A DNA stretch of 64,000 bases from a virus: positions 32,001-96,000 of IMG/VR virus record IMGVR_UViG_3300037483_001170. The stretch is one strand, 5' to 3'. The notes under the pieces are model-generated. The model was not told the DNA's origin. It did no database searches and worked only from the letters and a program-made list of their open reading frames with translations. Below are positions 9,895-18,790 of the stretch, piece by piece. How positions within the stretch are numbered: position 1 is the stretch's first letter; every line of letters starts with the position of its first letter. Both the position numbers and the translations under genes were made by a program.

Positions 9895-11378
9895 TAGCAG
9901 TGCGACCAGAGAGCCCGCTCACCGCAGACGCAGACCTGGAGCGCACGACGGCGGTCTTCGTCGTCAGTCCAGTCGTAGGCGAGGATCACGTCGTCATCCC
10001 CAACGTTCACGCCAGTGAGCGTTGCGTTTTGCGCGATCCGAACGAAACCGCCGACCTTGGACGGGATGCCCTTGCGCACCAGCGCGTCTGCAGCGCGAGC
10101 CCGCTCAGCCGCGCCCGGCTCCAGATCATCGAGCGAGAACAGCGCCTGCGTGGAACCTGAAACGCCGTACAGAGCGTGTCCCTGCACTTCCAGAACGGGA
10201 ACGATCCGTTCGTCGCCGATCGCCCACGGGCCATCTGCTGGATCGTCGTCGGGCAGGATGAACCCTGAAAAACCAGCAGCCTGTTCCATGGCGTCCAGTA
10301 CATCGATCGGCGCAGACCGTTTGCTGCCCACGGAGACGCTGGAGCCGCTGGCTGCCGAAGTGGTTCGCGCAAACGCGGGCTTCGAGTCCCGGAAGCGCTG
10401 GCTAAAGGCGTTGATGCTCTGCTCACTCTTCGTTGCCGGACCAAGAGCCGGAGGCGCGTAGGGCTCAGGCACGTCCGTGTCAGCGATAGCGTTGAAATCA
10501 GCAAAAACCTTGGCTTGGCGCTTTGCGCGCATCAAGCTCTCGCGGGGACGGGTCTCGCTGCCGTCTCGACGGATTTCGCCACGGAGCAGCCGGCGTCCAT
10601 ACTGGTACACCTCCGTACGCAAGAGCGCGACATCGCCGTCTGCCCGACCGAGACCCGACTCATACCCACAAAGAGCGAGCCGAAAACGCTCTGGATATTC
10701 GTTGATCGCAATCTCAAGCCGGCGATCTGCGCGCTGACCTTCCGGCAGTTCGCGAAAGTCTGACAGCCGTAGACCCGCGGCCACGTCAACGTTCCGTTCA
10801 TCGCTTGAACGCGTGTCCGGTTCGTACTCGCCCATCAAACGTACCGCGATTCCCAGCGCCAACTCGGCATACGGGACTGGAAGTGCCTGTCGAAACGTCA
10901 ACGCCTCTTGCGATTCACTGACCGCTTCCCACGCTTCCGTTGCTGCGGTCCTAACCGAAATCGCCTTGCAGAGTGCCAAATACAAGGCGAACGACATGGC
11001 ACGAGCGCGCTCGCTGTTGATGAACGCATATCTGGCGGCCTGATCGCGACGGAGATCGTCAATCTCCGCATGGCCATTGCGCTCCGGCGTCACTTCGCGC
11101 GCCAACGCGTCAGTCAGCATGAGCATGGTTTCGTTGCACGATCGATGGTGCAAAAACGCCGCCCACGTTCGCGGATCTCTCGCTACAAGCACACCAGCAA
11201 CGTCAGCTGGCGTTGCTGTGCCAGCTAGAAAGTCGAGAAGAGTCGTGCGCAGCACGGCGCGCCACTGGTGCTCCTCGGTTCTGAAGAATTCAACACACAC
11301 CCACGGGCCCGGGTCTCCGTCTTCGGCCGCGTCCAGTCGTGCCTGGAGCATCGCGCCATCCATTGCCTGAATGTCCAT
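9894..11378 (-). CDS. Hypothetical protein (494 aa)
   Basis: Long ORF abutting both neighbours by 1-bp overlaps; no motif recognised. Confidence 0.65.
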   Translation of the reverse strand: MDIQAMDGAMLQARLDAAEDGDPGPWVCVEFFRTEEHQWRAVLRTTLLDFLAGTATPADVAGVLVARDPRTWAAFLHHRSCNETMLMLTDALAREVTPERNGHAEIDDLRRDQAARYAFINSERARAMSFALYLALCKAISVRTAATEAWEAVSESQEALTFRQALPVPYAELALGIAVRLMGEYEPDTRSSDERNVDVAAGLRLSDFRELPEGQRADRRLEIAINEYPERFRLALCGYESGLGRADGDVALLRTEVYQYGRRLLRGEIRRDGSETRPRESLMRAKRQAKVFADFNAIADTDVPEPYAPPALGPATKSEQSINAFSQRFRDSKPAFARTTSAASGSSVSVGSKRSAPIDVLDAMEQAAGFSGFILPDDDPADGPWAIGDERIVPVLEVQGHALYGVSGSTQALFSLDDLEPGAAERARAADALVRKGIPSKVGGFVRIAQNATLTGVNVGDDDVILAYDWTDDEDRRRALQVCVCGERALWSHC

Positions 11379-11764
11379 CAGTCCTCCAGCGTCTGCTCAC
11401 GCGTCCGACGCGTGAACTCGGCGAGCACTGCACTCGCTTCGCTCAGGTCCTTCGCCACGCCTTCGTAGCCGTCGGACTCCATCAGCTTCGCGTGCTGCTC
11501 CAGTCGCTTCCGAGTCCGGTCGATTCCACGAAGAGGCCCATCGGTCGTGAAGAAGAGCCGCTCGTTCGGCGCGACCCGCTTCTTCTTGCCGAAGAACTTC
11601 TGCCAGAGCCAGAAGCCAACGGCCGCCGCCGCCAGAAGCAGGAGCAGCGTCCGAAGATCGAAGCCGCCTTCGCGCGCCAGTGGAACCGGCGCCTGCGCGA
11701 GCGACAGCGGATAGAGCTGTTGCTGCGCGCGGCCCGGCGGCAAGACCGGCGCGTGATAGCTCAC
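11378..11764 (-). CDS. Putative virion membrane protein
   Basis: GTG start (MSYHAP) overlapping the upstream stop; TM LLLLLAAAAVGFWLW followed by KKKRVAPN. Confidence 0.6.
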   Translation of the reverse strand: MSYHAPVLPPGRAQQQLYPLSLAQAPVPLAREGGFDLRTLLLLLAAAAVGFWLWQKFFGKKKRVAPNERLFFTTDGPLRGIDRTRKRLEQHAKLMESDGYEGVAKDLSEASAVLAEFTRRTREQTLED

Positions 11765-12348
11765 CGGGACGTGGCCTTCATGTCGATGGTCATCATCGTC
11801 GCGCCAGACATGTCCGTCATCGCGATCGAATCCGTGACCTTCACGCACCACGAGTGGCAGTAGTCGCAGATCCATCGCTCAGGGCTCGACACGATCGCGA
11901 TCTTGTCGTCCGACGCGGGCGCTCGACCGAGCTTGTTCTTGCAGTGCCAAGCCCAGTTAATCGCGAGGTGATTGCTGGGCGGCAGCTTGCCGTACTTCAC
12001 CCAGTCGAGAGACATCGCCTTGTTGCCCTCCTGGACGTGGAAGAAATTCTGCTGACCGTGCTCGGTCCAGCAGACGGGGCACTGTCCGACCAGCATGCAC
12101 TCGGCACGACCGTCGCTGCCCTGGGTCATCTGAATCTCACACTCGATCGTGCAGATCTCCTCGCCCTTGTTGGTGGCCTTCCACAAGATCCACGTCTTCG
12201 GCGCGAGGTCTTCCGAGTCCACCGATGTGCCGGCGAAGCGGCCATCGCCGGGGCGACCCGCGCGATCCATCAGCGCGCGGCCCGCTGCCCACTCGCGCTC
12301 GCCCATCTTGCCGCCGAAAATGCCGCCGTCCTTCGAGATCTTTCTCAT
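11761..12348 (-). CDS. Cys-rich putative zinc-binding protein
   Basis: CPVC and CDYCHSWC motifs. Confidence 0.6.
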   Translation of the reverse strand: MRKISKDGGIFGGKMGEREWAAGRALMDRAGRPGDGRFAGTSVDSEDLAPKTWILWKATNKGEEICTIECEIQMTQGSDGRAECMLVGQCPVCWTEHGQQNFFHVQEGNKAMSLDWVKYGKLPPSNHLAINWAWHCKNKLGRAPASDDKIAIVSSPERWICDYCHSWCVKVTDSIAMTDMSGATMMTIDMKATSR

Positions 12349-12354
12349 GCCCAG

Positions 12355-12735
12355 CTACCTCTTTCGCCGCCGCCGACGGCCATTCGCTTTGAGCTTCCCA
12401 GCTCGGAACTCCTGCAACACGCGATACGAAGCCCACATGCTCATCCCACTGAGCACGTAGAGCACGATCATCGGCGGCCCGAAGTAGGGGACGACGTACC
12501 GGCGGATCGTGGTGCGGATCGCCGGACCGACGATGTGCGTGTCGAGCGCCGCAACAATCCGCGGTCCCGCAGCAGCCAACGTTCTATCCGGATTCGAGAT
12601 CAGGCCGGCGGCAAGCGACGCGATGTTCGCCACGTCCTGGCCAGTGACCTGGCCCATGCCGTCGCCGCTGTCGTAGTTGCCGAGAGCGCGCGGACGACGA
12701 CGCGGGCGCATCGCGAGCATGGTTGCCGCGCTCAT
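12355..12735 (-). CDS. Putative virion membrane protein
   Basis: RPRRRPRALGNYDSGDGMGQ, C-terminal TM, KLKANGRRRRRKR tail. Confidence 0.6.
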   Translation of the reverse strand: MSAATMLAMRPRRRPRALGNYDSGDGMGQVTGQDVANIASLAAGLISNPDRTLAAAGPRIVAALDTHIVGPAIRTTIRRYVVPYFGPPMIVLYVLSGMSMWASYRVLQEFRAGKLKANGRRRRRKR

Positions 12736-13040
12736 CGGTGGCTCCACCACCAGTAGCCACCAGCCGCGAGCGCCACTGCGCCGACAGCCCAGAGAGCGGT
12801 CGACGACGAGCCTGCGCTGCCGACCTGACTCGGCACGGTACTCTGCGTGGTCGTGATCGCGACCTCACTTCCCGTCGGCACGCACTCGGGGGTCATGCCC
12901 ACGCGGGCCGAGATCGACATGCCAGGAGGGCACATGTAGCAGCTCGAATCGGGAGGAATGTTACGACACTCCATCCGCGCGAGGTTGAGCCCAGGACGCA
13001 CGGGAGTCGCCGTTCCGAGGCCAGACAGCGAATAGCTCAT
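12732..13040 (-). CDS. Putative virion membrane protein
   Basis: MSYSLSGLG start, four Cys, C-terminal TM ALWAVGAVALAAGGYWWW. Confidence 0.65.
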   Translation of the reverse strand: MSYSLSGLGTATPVRPGLNLARMECRNIPPDSSCYMCPPGMSISARVGMTPECVPTGSEVAITTTQSTVPSQVGSAGSSSTALWAVGAVALAAGGYWWWSHR

Positions 13041-13492
13041 CGCCGCCTCCGGCGCGCACCGTTCGAGGTCACGCGCTTCTTCTTGCCTGCGAAGTAGCCG
13101 GCCGCCAGGGCGAGCGGGATCCCGACGAACGTGCCGACCGCGGTGATCTTCGCGTACTCCACGAGCTGGGCGTACGCGACAGGCGCTGCCGCTGGACCGC
13201 CCCAGATGCTCGCAGCGGTCTGCGCGAATCGCGAGAGCACGGTGCCCTCCACGGCCTGCCCGAGCCCGAGAAGCGGCACGCCGCCGTTCCTGACGTAGTT
13301 CCCGTACACGTAGCGCGACCCGGGTCGAGCGCCGTCCAGGTTGATCTCCTGCTCCCCCCAGCGAAGCCGCGCCGGACTGTAGCCGGCGCCAGGAATCGGC
13401 GTGGTCGTGTCGTACGGATACGACCGGTACCGGCCGTAGTGACCCGGCAGGTACAACGCAGGCGTGTACGCCGGGAGCTGGAGCTTCGCCAT
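13037..13492 (-). CDS. Putative virion membrane protein
   Basis: Tyr/Gly-rich N-terminus, LLGLGQ, TM, GKKKRVTSNGARRRRR tail; ATG 13492 follows TTGCCC-17-GAGACT. Confidence 0.65.
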   Translation of the reverse strand: MAKLQLPAYTPALYLPGHYGRYRSYPYDTTTPIPGAGYSPARLRWGEQEINLDGARPGSRYVYGNYVRNGGVPLLGLGQAVEGTVLSRFAQTAASIWGGPAAAPVAYAQLVEYAKITAVGTFVGIPLALAAGYFAGKKKRVTSNGARRRRR

Positions 13493-13545
13493 GCCGAAAG
13501 TCTCGCGCACTCGGAGCCCAAGGGCAAGACCGAGGCGAACGACGA

Positions 13546-13848
13546 CTAGACCAGCTCGCCGACGATGTCCGACTCGTGCACGACCAGGTGCTCGACCCCG
13601 TCGAGAACGATCTCGATGCCCGAGTACTGGCCGATCACCACACGGTCGCCGGCCTTGACGCTCGGCTCGATGCGCTTGCCCTCGACGAGCGCGCCTGGGC
13701 CACACGCGATGACCGTCGCCTCCAGCGGCTTCGCCTTCGCGGTGTCGGGGAAGATGATGCCACCTGCGCTCTTCTCTGGCGGCTTCTCTCGGCGTACGAC
13801 GATGCGGTCGCCCAGCGGACGGATTTCGGTCTTCTTTTCCATGCTCAC
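13546..13848 (-). CDS. groES: Co-chaperonin GroES (Cpn10)
   Basis: IRPLGDRIVV, SAGGIIFPDTAKAKP, VKAGDRV, YSGIEI, ESDIVG. Confidence 0.95.
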   Translation of the reverse strand: MSMEKKTEIRPLGDRIVVRREKPPEKSAGGIIFPDTAKAKPLEATVIACGPGALVEGKRIEPSVKAGDRVVIGQYSGIEIVLDGVEHLVVHESDIVGELV

Positions 13849-13854
13849 TCCTTC

Positions 13855-14451
13855 TTACGGGTTCCAGATGCCTGACGAGACAGCCGGCGCCGACGCCGGC
13901 TTCGGCTTCTTCCTGCGACTCCCGCGCTTGCTCGTGCGCTTCGCTGGCTTTCCGGGCTCGACCGCAGCTGCCGGTCCGCGCTTCTTTCGTGACGTCCGCT
14001 TGGGCCCTGGAGCCTTCGGCTTCCGGCTCGTGCGCTTCGGCGACGCCTCAGCCGCCTGCTCTTCGGCCTCGCGTCCGCCGTCGGCGGCGAGCTTCGCGAT
14101 CACGAGCTTCTTCAGGTCGGCGCTGGCGAACCGTCCGGTCTTTCCTGCGAGCAGGTAGACGAGCTTGCCCTCCTCGTCGATGACGCCAACCGCCTGCGAG
14201 TCGAGCAGTTTCTTCGCCTCAGCAGAAAGGAAGCGGAACGTCGTCGACCGGTCGTAGACCGCGCGGCTCAGGTACTCCCTGAGCTGGATCCGGAAAGCAC
14301 CGCCAGCGTCGAGATGACATTCGATGGTTCGGTACCATCGTCCGGTACTGGGCGGGCCGGCTGTGCCGGAGGTTGGGGCGGCGGCGAGAGCTGCTGGGGC
14401 ACTGCGCTTGGCGCCGAACGCGCGACTGCCGTTGGAGCTGTTGTCGGACAT
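13855..14451 (-). CDS. Hypothetical protein with histone-like basic C-terminus
   Basis: MSDNSSN start after TTGCCA-18-TATGCT; repeated KRTS(R/K)K. Confidence 0.55.
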   Translation of the reverse strand: MSDNSSNGSRAFGAKRSAPAALAAAPTSGTAGPPSTGRWYRTIECHLDAGGAFRIQLREYLSRAVYDRSTTFRFLSAEAKKLLDSQAVGVIDEEGKLVYLLAGKTGRFASADLKKLVIAKLAADGGREAEEQAAEASPKRTSRKPKAPGPKRTSRKKRGPAAAVEPGKPAKRTSKRGSRRKKPKPASAPAVSSGIWNP

Positions 14452-14987
14452 CGGCCGGGAGCATACGCACGACTGTCGGACACTGGCAAGACCGCAATGC
14501 GAGATCTGCGAGCCCAGATCGGCCACGCTCGGCTCAGGTCCGGCTCGACGTACCAACGCGCCGTCAGCTTGTCGGGACGCCAGAGCGCTGGGACGACGAC
14601 GACGACGTAGTCCGCGACGCGCTGCCACTCGGCGAGGGCAACGTCTGGATGTTCCAGATGTTCGAGCACGTCGCACGCGAACAGCGCGCCAAAGTAGCGG
14701 TCTGACCACGGCATCGTGTAGTAGTTGCTGTAGCTGACGACGTTCGGCCCCGGCACGCACACGGGCGCGCACTCGTCGAGGTTCACGTCGCCGTAGAGAC
14801 GCGAGCCTAGGATCGATGCGCGTACGCTACGACCGCTCACGCCAGCGCCAAGGTTCACGAGCGGCTTCTGGCGCATCCGGGCGATCTTTCGCGCGATGCC
14901 TGCCATCTCGTACGGACGGGTGACGGCATCCCGCAGGTACGCCGCGCTGGCGATGCCGAGCCCCACCTTGATCAGTGCGTCGCGCAC
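14268..14987 (-). CDS. Methyltransferase type 11-like protein with hydrophobic N-terminus
   Basis: VNLGAG, DVNLD, ACDVLEHLEHPDVALAEWQRVA. Confidence 0.7.
   Translation of the reverse strand: MRDALIKVGLGIASAAYLRDAVTRPYEMAGIARKIARMRQKPLVNLGAGVSGRSVRASILGSRLYGDVNLDECAPVCVPGPNVVSYSNYYTMPWSDRYFGALFACDVLEHLEHPDVALAEWQRVADYVVVVVPALWRPDKLTARWYVEPDLSRAWPIWARRSRIAVLPVSDSRAYAPGRCPTTAPTAVARSAPSAVPQQLSPPPQPPAQPARPVPDDGTEPSNVISTLAVLSGSSSGST
14442..14489 (-). promoter_or_regulatory. Promoter with two TGTCCGACA palindromes
   Basis: Minus strand TTGCCA-18-TATGCT-8-ATG; palindromes at 14442-14450 and 14474-14482. Confidence 0.55.
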
Positions 14988-15038
14988 GCTTTAGGCTACC
15001 AGTTGCAGCACGTGGCGGCCATGAGCTACCATTTCCCC

Positions 15039-15347
15039 ATGAGCTACCAGCGGATCGCCGGGATGAGATCGAACCGTTTCCCTCTCATGGGCCTCGGCTG
15101 CGCGGGCTGCAACGGGCGCTGCGCGGGCACGGCCCCTGGCACGTCCGGCCTCGGCTGCGGAGGTGGCTGTGCGCCGCCGATCATGTCCGTCGCTGGCCTC
15201 GGGCACGCGCTCGGGCTCGACGTCGAAAGCGCTGCCTTCGGGCTCGGCATCGCGGCCGCAGGCTTCATCGGCCTCGGCGCCGGCTGGTTCGCACACGGCG
15301 CGCTCGCACCACGTCGTAACCGTGGGCGTCGTCGGCGCACGAACTGA
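15039..15347 (+). CDS. Putative virion membrane protein with three GLG motifs
   Basis: MSYQ start; LMGLGC, SGLGC, VAGLGH; TM; RRNRGRRRR tail. Confidence 0.65.
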   Translation: MSYQRIAGMRSNRFPLMGLGCAGCNGRCAGTAPGTSGLGCGGGCAPPIMSVAGLGHALGLDVESAAFGLGIAAAGFIGLGAGWFAHGALAPRRNRGRRRRTN

Positions 15348-15355
15348 ACGCCCTC

Positions 15356-15655
15356 ATGAGCTACAAGCACGGCTTCGGACAGGCGGTCGCCGAGGGCACC
15401 GTCTTCAGCCTCACCGATCCGGATGTTGCTGCTCAGCAGCCGCCGACGCCCGTGCCCTCCAGCAAGCCGAGCGGTGGCTCTCCAGCTCCGTACTACGGAC
15501 CGCCCGCCACCGTCGGCAAGACCTCGGGCACGCCGATCACGAGCGCGAGCTTGCCGACGTACGCGGCTGGCGCGCCGAACTGGATGCCGTGGGCGATCGG
15601 TGGAACGATCACCGTGGTCGGCATCGGGCTCGTACTGGCAGCGCTACGTCGCTGA
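15356..15655 (+). CDS. Putative virion membrane protein
   Basis: MSYKHGFGQ start, Pro-rich linker, C-terminal TM WAIGGTITVVGIGLVLAALRR. Confidence 0.65.
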   Translation: MSYKHGFGQAVAEGTVFSLTDPDVAAQQPPTPVPSSKPSGGSPAPYYGPPATVGKTSGTPITSASLPTYAAGAPNWMPWAIGGTITVVGIGLVLAALRR

Positions 15656-15940
15656 TCAGGTAGGCGCCGCGGGCGTTCGACGCTCTGCACACAGCAGGCA
15701 GCAGGCGAAGCCCACCACGCGTAGCGCCGTCCCCGTCTCGTACAGCCACGTCCAGCGTGTAGCGAGGCCACACCGTGCGCACTGGCCGACGTCGACGACT
15801 GCGACGCGGTACAGCGTCGATCCGTCAGCGTAGGTCGCCATAGGCTCGGGCGTCGTCACGCACGCCTCCGCCGTCGCGACGAGCGCACGGGCACCGCGAC
15901 GACGAGCGTCACCATCAGACCGCTGATCTCGACACGCGCT

Positions 15941-16243
15941 TCACCGTGGACATGCAGACGGCAGCCGAGGATGCCGCCAGCCCCGAAGTACGTCGGCTGG
16001 CATCTGCGCATGTGCAGCCATCTGGGCCCGATAGTCGTACCGACGTAGGGCACGAACCTCTTCCTCGATCTGCGCAGCTGGCCAGCGATGACGCAGGCCT
16101 CGCTCTCGTACGAGCTTCTCCATCTCAGCCTTTGCCTGCTCGACCGCCGACGCGGGCGACAGCGCATCGAGAACGAGTACCGAGATCTCGTCGTACCACG
16201 TGATACAAACGGAGTACTCGACCGATGCGCCGTCTGCTTGCAT
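15941..16243 (-). CDS. Hypothetical protein
   Basis: ATG 16243 coupled to the upstream stop. Confidence 0.45.
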   Translation of the reverse strand: MQADGASVEYSVCITWYDEISVLVLDALSPASAVEQAKAEMEKLVRERGLRHRWPAAQIEEEVRALRRYDYRAQMAAHAQMPADVLRGWRHPRLPSACPR

Positions 16244-17385
16244 CAGACCGTCTCGTACACGTACGTGCCGCGCTCGCCGGTACGCGTCAGCTTGCCGGCC
16301 TTCACCAGGTTGTAGACCGTCTGCATGACGACGTCCTGATCGATGTGCGAGAGCTTCGCGATGAGAGCGCCCATCTTCATCGGCGATCGGCACGCGTCGA
16401 GCACGGCGCCGACGCGAGAGCCAGGCGGCGCGATCTTCTTGGCCTTCTTGGTACCGGACTTCAGCGACACACCCTCGCGGGACGCTTCGGACTCGATCGC
16501 GCGATCCAGCTGCGCGCGCGCTGCCACGGCCGCCGCCTTCGCCTTGACCGGCTTGGCCGACGCCTTCGGAAGCGTGTAGAGGTACTGGTAGCGCGCACCC
16601 GTGCGCACCAGCCTGCCCGTGCGCACCAGTTCGCTGACCGCTGCGTTCACCGTGCTCTCCGTCGCCGCCGCGCCGACGCGTGCGCGAACGGCACCCATGT
16701 TCATCGGAACGTCGCCACACGCAGCCAGTATGGCGTCGCGCGCGGTCATCGGCGCCGGCAGCACGTTCACGACGGCTGACGCCGTCGACTCGCTCGGCAG
16801 CGCGTAGAGGTACTTGCCAGACGAGCCGGTGCGCACCAGCAGCTTGGCCTTCACGAGCGCCAAGATCGCCGGTCGCACCGAGTTGTCGTCAGCGTCGATG
16901 CGCATGCGCTGACGAAGCTCGGTCGTCCCGATACCGACTGCGCGCCCGGCTGCGCGCACCGCCAGCAACACCTTCTCGCGCATGGTGCCCGGCGCAGCGA
17001 TCACGCGCTCACGCACAGCGTTCGGCGCCTTCGTGGTCTCGGCCCCCTTGACGCTCTTCGTTACCAGCATCTTCGCGGCCGTGGCCGTGAGCTGAGCCTC
17101 GGGCGTGCCGATCTGCATCGAGCCGAAGTGGCTGGTCAGCACACTGATCGCGTCGTCGAGGATCGCGATGCCATCCACGAGCCGCTGCCGCTCCTCTTCC
17201 GTCGACACCACCGACGCTCGCAGCTCGTACAGACGCGCATCGCGTTCGCCGAGTAGCGCAGCTCGCTTCGAGCGCTCGCCCTGCATCTCGCCCAGAGCCT
17301 TCCGCGCCTGCGCGATGTGCTCGCCCATGGTGTGAGCGAGCTGTTGCGCCATCTTCGTCACGTCCACCGTCTTCGCTGTCGTCAT
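16243..17385 (-). CDS. Coiled-coil protein with three tandem winged-HTH-like repeats
   Basis: Repeats LVKAKLLVRTG..Y, LVRTGRLVRTG..Y, LVKAGKLTRTG..Y. Confidence 0.7.
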   Translation of the reverse strand: MTTAKTVDVTKMAQQLAHTMGEHIAQARKALGEMQGERSKRAALLGERDARLYELRASVVSTEEERQRLVDGIAILDDAISVLTSHFGSMQIGTPEAQLTATAAKMLVTKSVKGAETTKAPNAVRERVIAAPGTMREKVLLAVRAAGRAVGIGTTELRQRMRIDADDNSVRPAILALVKAKLLVRTGSSGKYLYALPSESTASAVVNVLPAPMTARDAILAACGDVPMNMGAVRARVGAAATESTVNAAVSELVRTGRLVRTGARYQYLYTLPKASAKPVKAKAAAVAARAQLDRAIESEASREGVSLKSGTKKAKKIAPPGSRVGAVLDACRSPMKMGALIAKLSHIDQDVVMQTVYNLVKAGKLTRTGERGTYVYETV

Positions 17386-17450
17386 CTTCCCAGTCTTTCT
17401 TTTCTTCTGCCCAGATCTGCCCAGAAGCGCGCCGTTCGGACGCGCCTCGC

Positions 17451-17744
17451 TTACCTGCCGTCCATCACACGGCGCCACTTGTCGAGTACGCGCTCGATCG
17501 CGTCTGGATCAGGCGTTGCCTGCTGGTCTGCCCAGGCCTCCAGCGCCTCCTGGAACACGTCCTGAAGCGCGAGCAGCGTATCGATACGCTCGCCGTTGAC
17601 CTTAGAGATCACGCGATCGATCGCTTCCAGCGCCCACTCTGCGTTGGCCGAACGATCCGCCTTACGAACGGTTTCCGCCGCCTCATCGTCGAGAAGAGCC
17701 GCACGCACACGCGCCCTGTACTGCCCCCGAGTCGCTGCGCTCAC
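17451..17744 (-). CDS. Hypothetical protein
   Basis: GTGA-coupled ORF. Confidence 0.5.
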   Translation of the reverse strand: MSAATRGQYRARVRAALLDDEAAETVRKADRSANAEWALEAIDRVISKVNGERIDTLLALQDVFQEALEAWADQQATPDPDAIERVLDKWRRVMDGR

Positions 17745-18037
17745 GAAAGCCCCCACGTCGCCTCACGCGCCGAGACCGCCGAGTCGTGGATCACCTGCTG
17801 CGAGAGGCCATCGAGACCCGCCTCGAACATCGCGCGCAGCTCCGGATGATCACGCAACGCATCGGCCCGCGCGTGGCTCGGCCCTTCGAACAAAAGGGCG
17901 CAGATCTCACGCGCGACCTCCGCACGACGCTGATCGTCGCTGAGTCGGCGAAAACCGACGCCCCATCGCGTCGCCGCGCGAATCGCGCACTTGCGGCCAA
18001 CCGTTCGAAGCAGGTCGTGCGTATGTTCGGTGAGCAT
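17741..18037 (-). CDS. Hypothetical early protein
   Basis: First gene after promoter P1, with AAGGA RBS. Confidence 0.55.
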   Translation of the reverse strand: MLTEHTHDLLRTVGRKCAIRAATRWGVGFRRLSDDQRRAEVAREICALLFEGPSHARADALRDHPELRAMFEAGLDGLSQQVIHDSAVSAREATWGLS

Positions 18038-18053
18038 CTGAACGTTCCTTCCG

Positions 18054-18135
18054 GCCGGCATGGTCGCCAGCTCAACGAGCGTGATTCTAGTCAGCCATCG
18101 GTCGCTGTCAAGCGCCTAGCGCAACAAAGCGCAGC
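18054..18135 (-). promoter_or_regulatory. Early promoter P1 with upstream box and leader hairpin
   Basis: GCTGCGCTTTGTTGCG...TTGACA-16-TAGAAT...GCTGGC-GACCAT-GCCGGC. Confidence 0.75.
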
Positions 18136-18145
18136 AACGTCCGAC

Positions 18146-18481
18146 CTAGCGCCAGAAATAGATCGTCGAGTAGTTGCCCCCGGTCTTGCTCGCGAAGTTC
18201 GCCGCCGCCAGGATCTCCGCCGCGTCGCAGCACTTTCCGACGTCGCGCGTGGCGATGATGTCAAGCAGCACGCGCTTGGCCGAGTCGTGCAGCCAGCCCC
18301 CGTCGTCGAAGAGCAGGCTGGCAGCGGGTGACCGCGGAACATCGCGGTACGGGTCGCCGAGCGTTGGGCAGTTGCCTCGCGCGTCGAACAGCTCCGCCAA
18401 CCTCTTCGCGTCGTCCACGGCCTTCTCCTCAGCTTCGTGCTCGGCCCACTCGCGATGATGCCGCTTCTCTCGGCGGCTCAC
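18146..18481 (-). CDS. Hypothetical protein
   Basis: GTGA-coupled ORF. Confidence 0.5.
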   Translation of the reverse strand: MSRREKRHHREWAEHEAEEKAVDDAKRLAELFDARGNCPTLGDPYRDVPRSPAASLLFDDGGWLHDSAKRVLLDIIATRDVGKCCDAAEILAAANFASKTGGNYSTIYFWR

Positions 18482-18777
18482 GACTTCGCCGCCCGCTCGC
18501 CCATCAGCGGCATCACCGCCGCAGCGAAGCCCGCGTCCGTGTGCGTCTCGCGCTTCCGGATGCAGTCGGCTTCCGCTTGCTCCAGCGTGTCGCCGCCGCC
18601 GAACGTCTCGTCGCGGCGTCCGTGGGGACCGCGCGCCTTCGGCCTCAGCGTACGAACGCTGACCGTCCACGACGAACCGTCGCGCATGACGCCGAAGCGA
18701 ACCTCTACGTCCTCCGCGTTGCAGCCGAACGCAGCGGCCACGCGCTTGACGGTGGCGATGAACTTCTGATCCTTCAT
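18478..18777 (-). CDS. Hypothetical early protein
   Basis: First gene after promoter P2, with GGAG RBS. Confidence 0.6.
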   Translation of the reverse strand: MKDQKFIATVKRVAAAFGCNAEDVEVRFGVMRDGSSWTVSVRTLRPKARGPHGRRDETFGGGDTLEQAEADCIRKRETHTDAGFAAAVMPLMGERAAKS

Positions 18778-18790
18778 GACGCTCTCCCGA

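Noticed and set aside
15019-15049. CCATGAGCTACCA direct repeat as an att site or target-site duplication
   Set aside because: The copies are only 18 bp apart; the first supplies the -10 box and the second the start codon.
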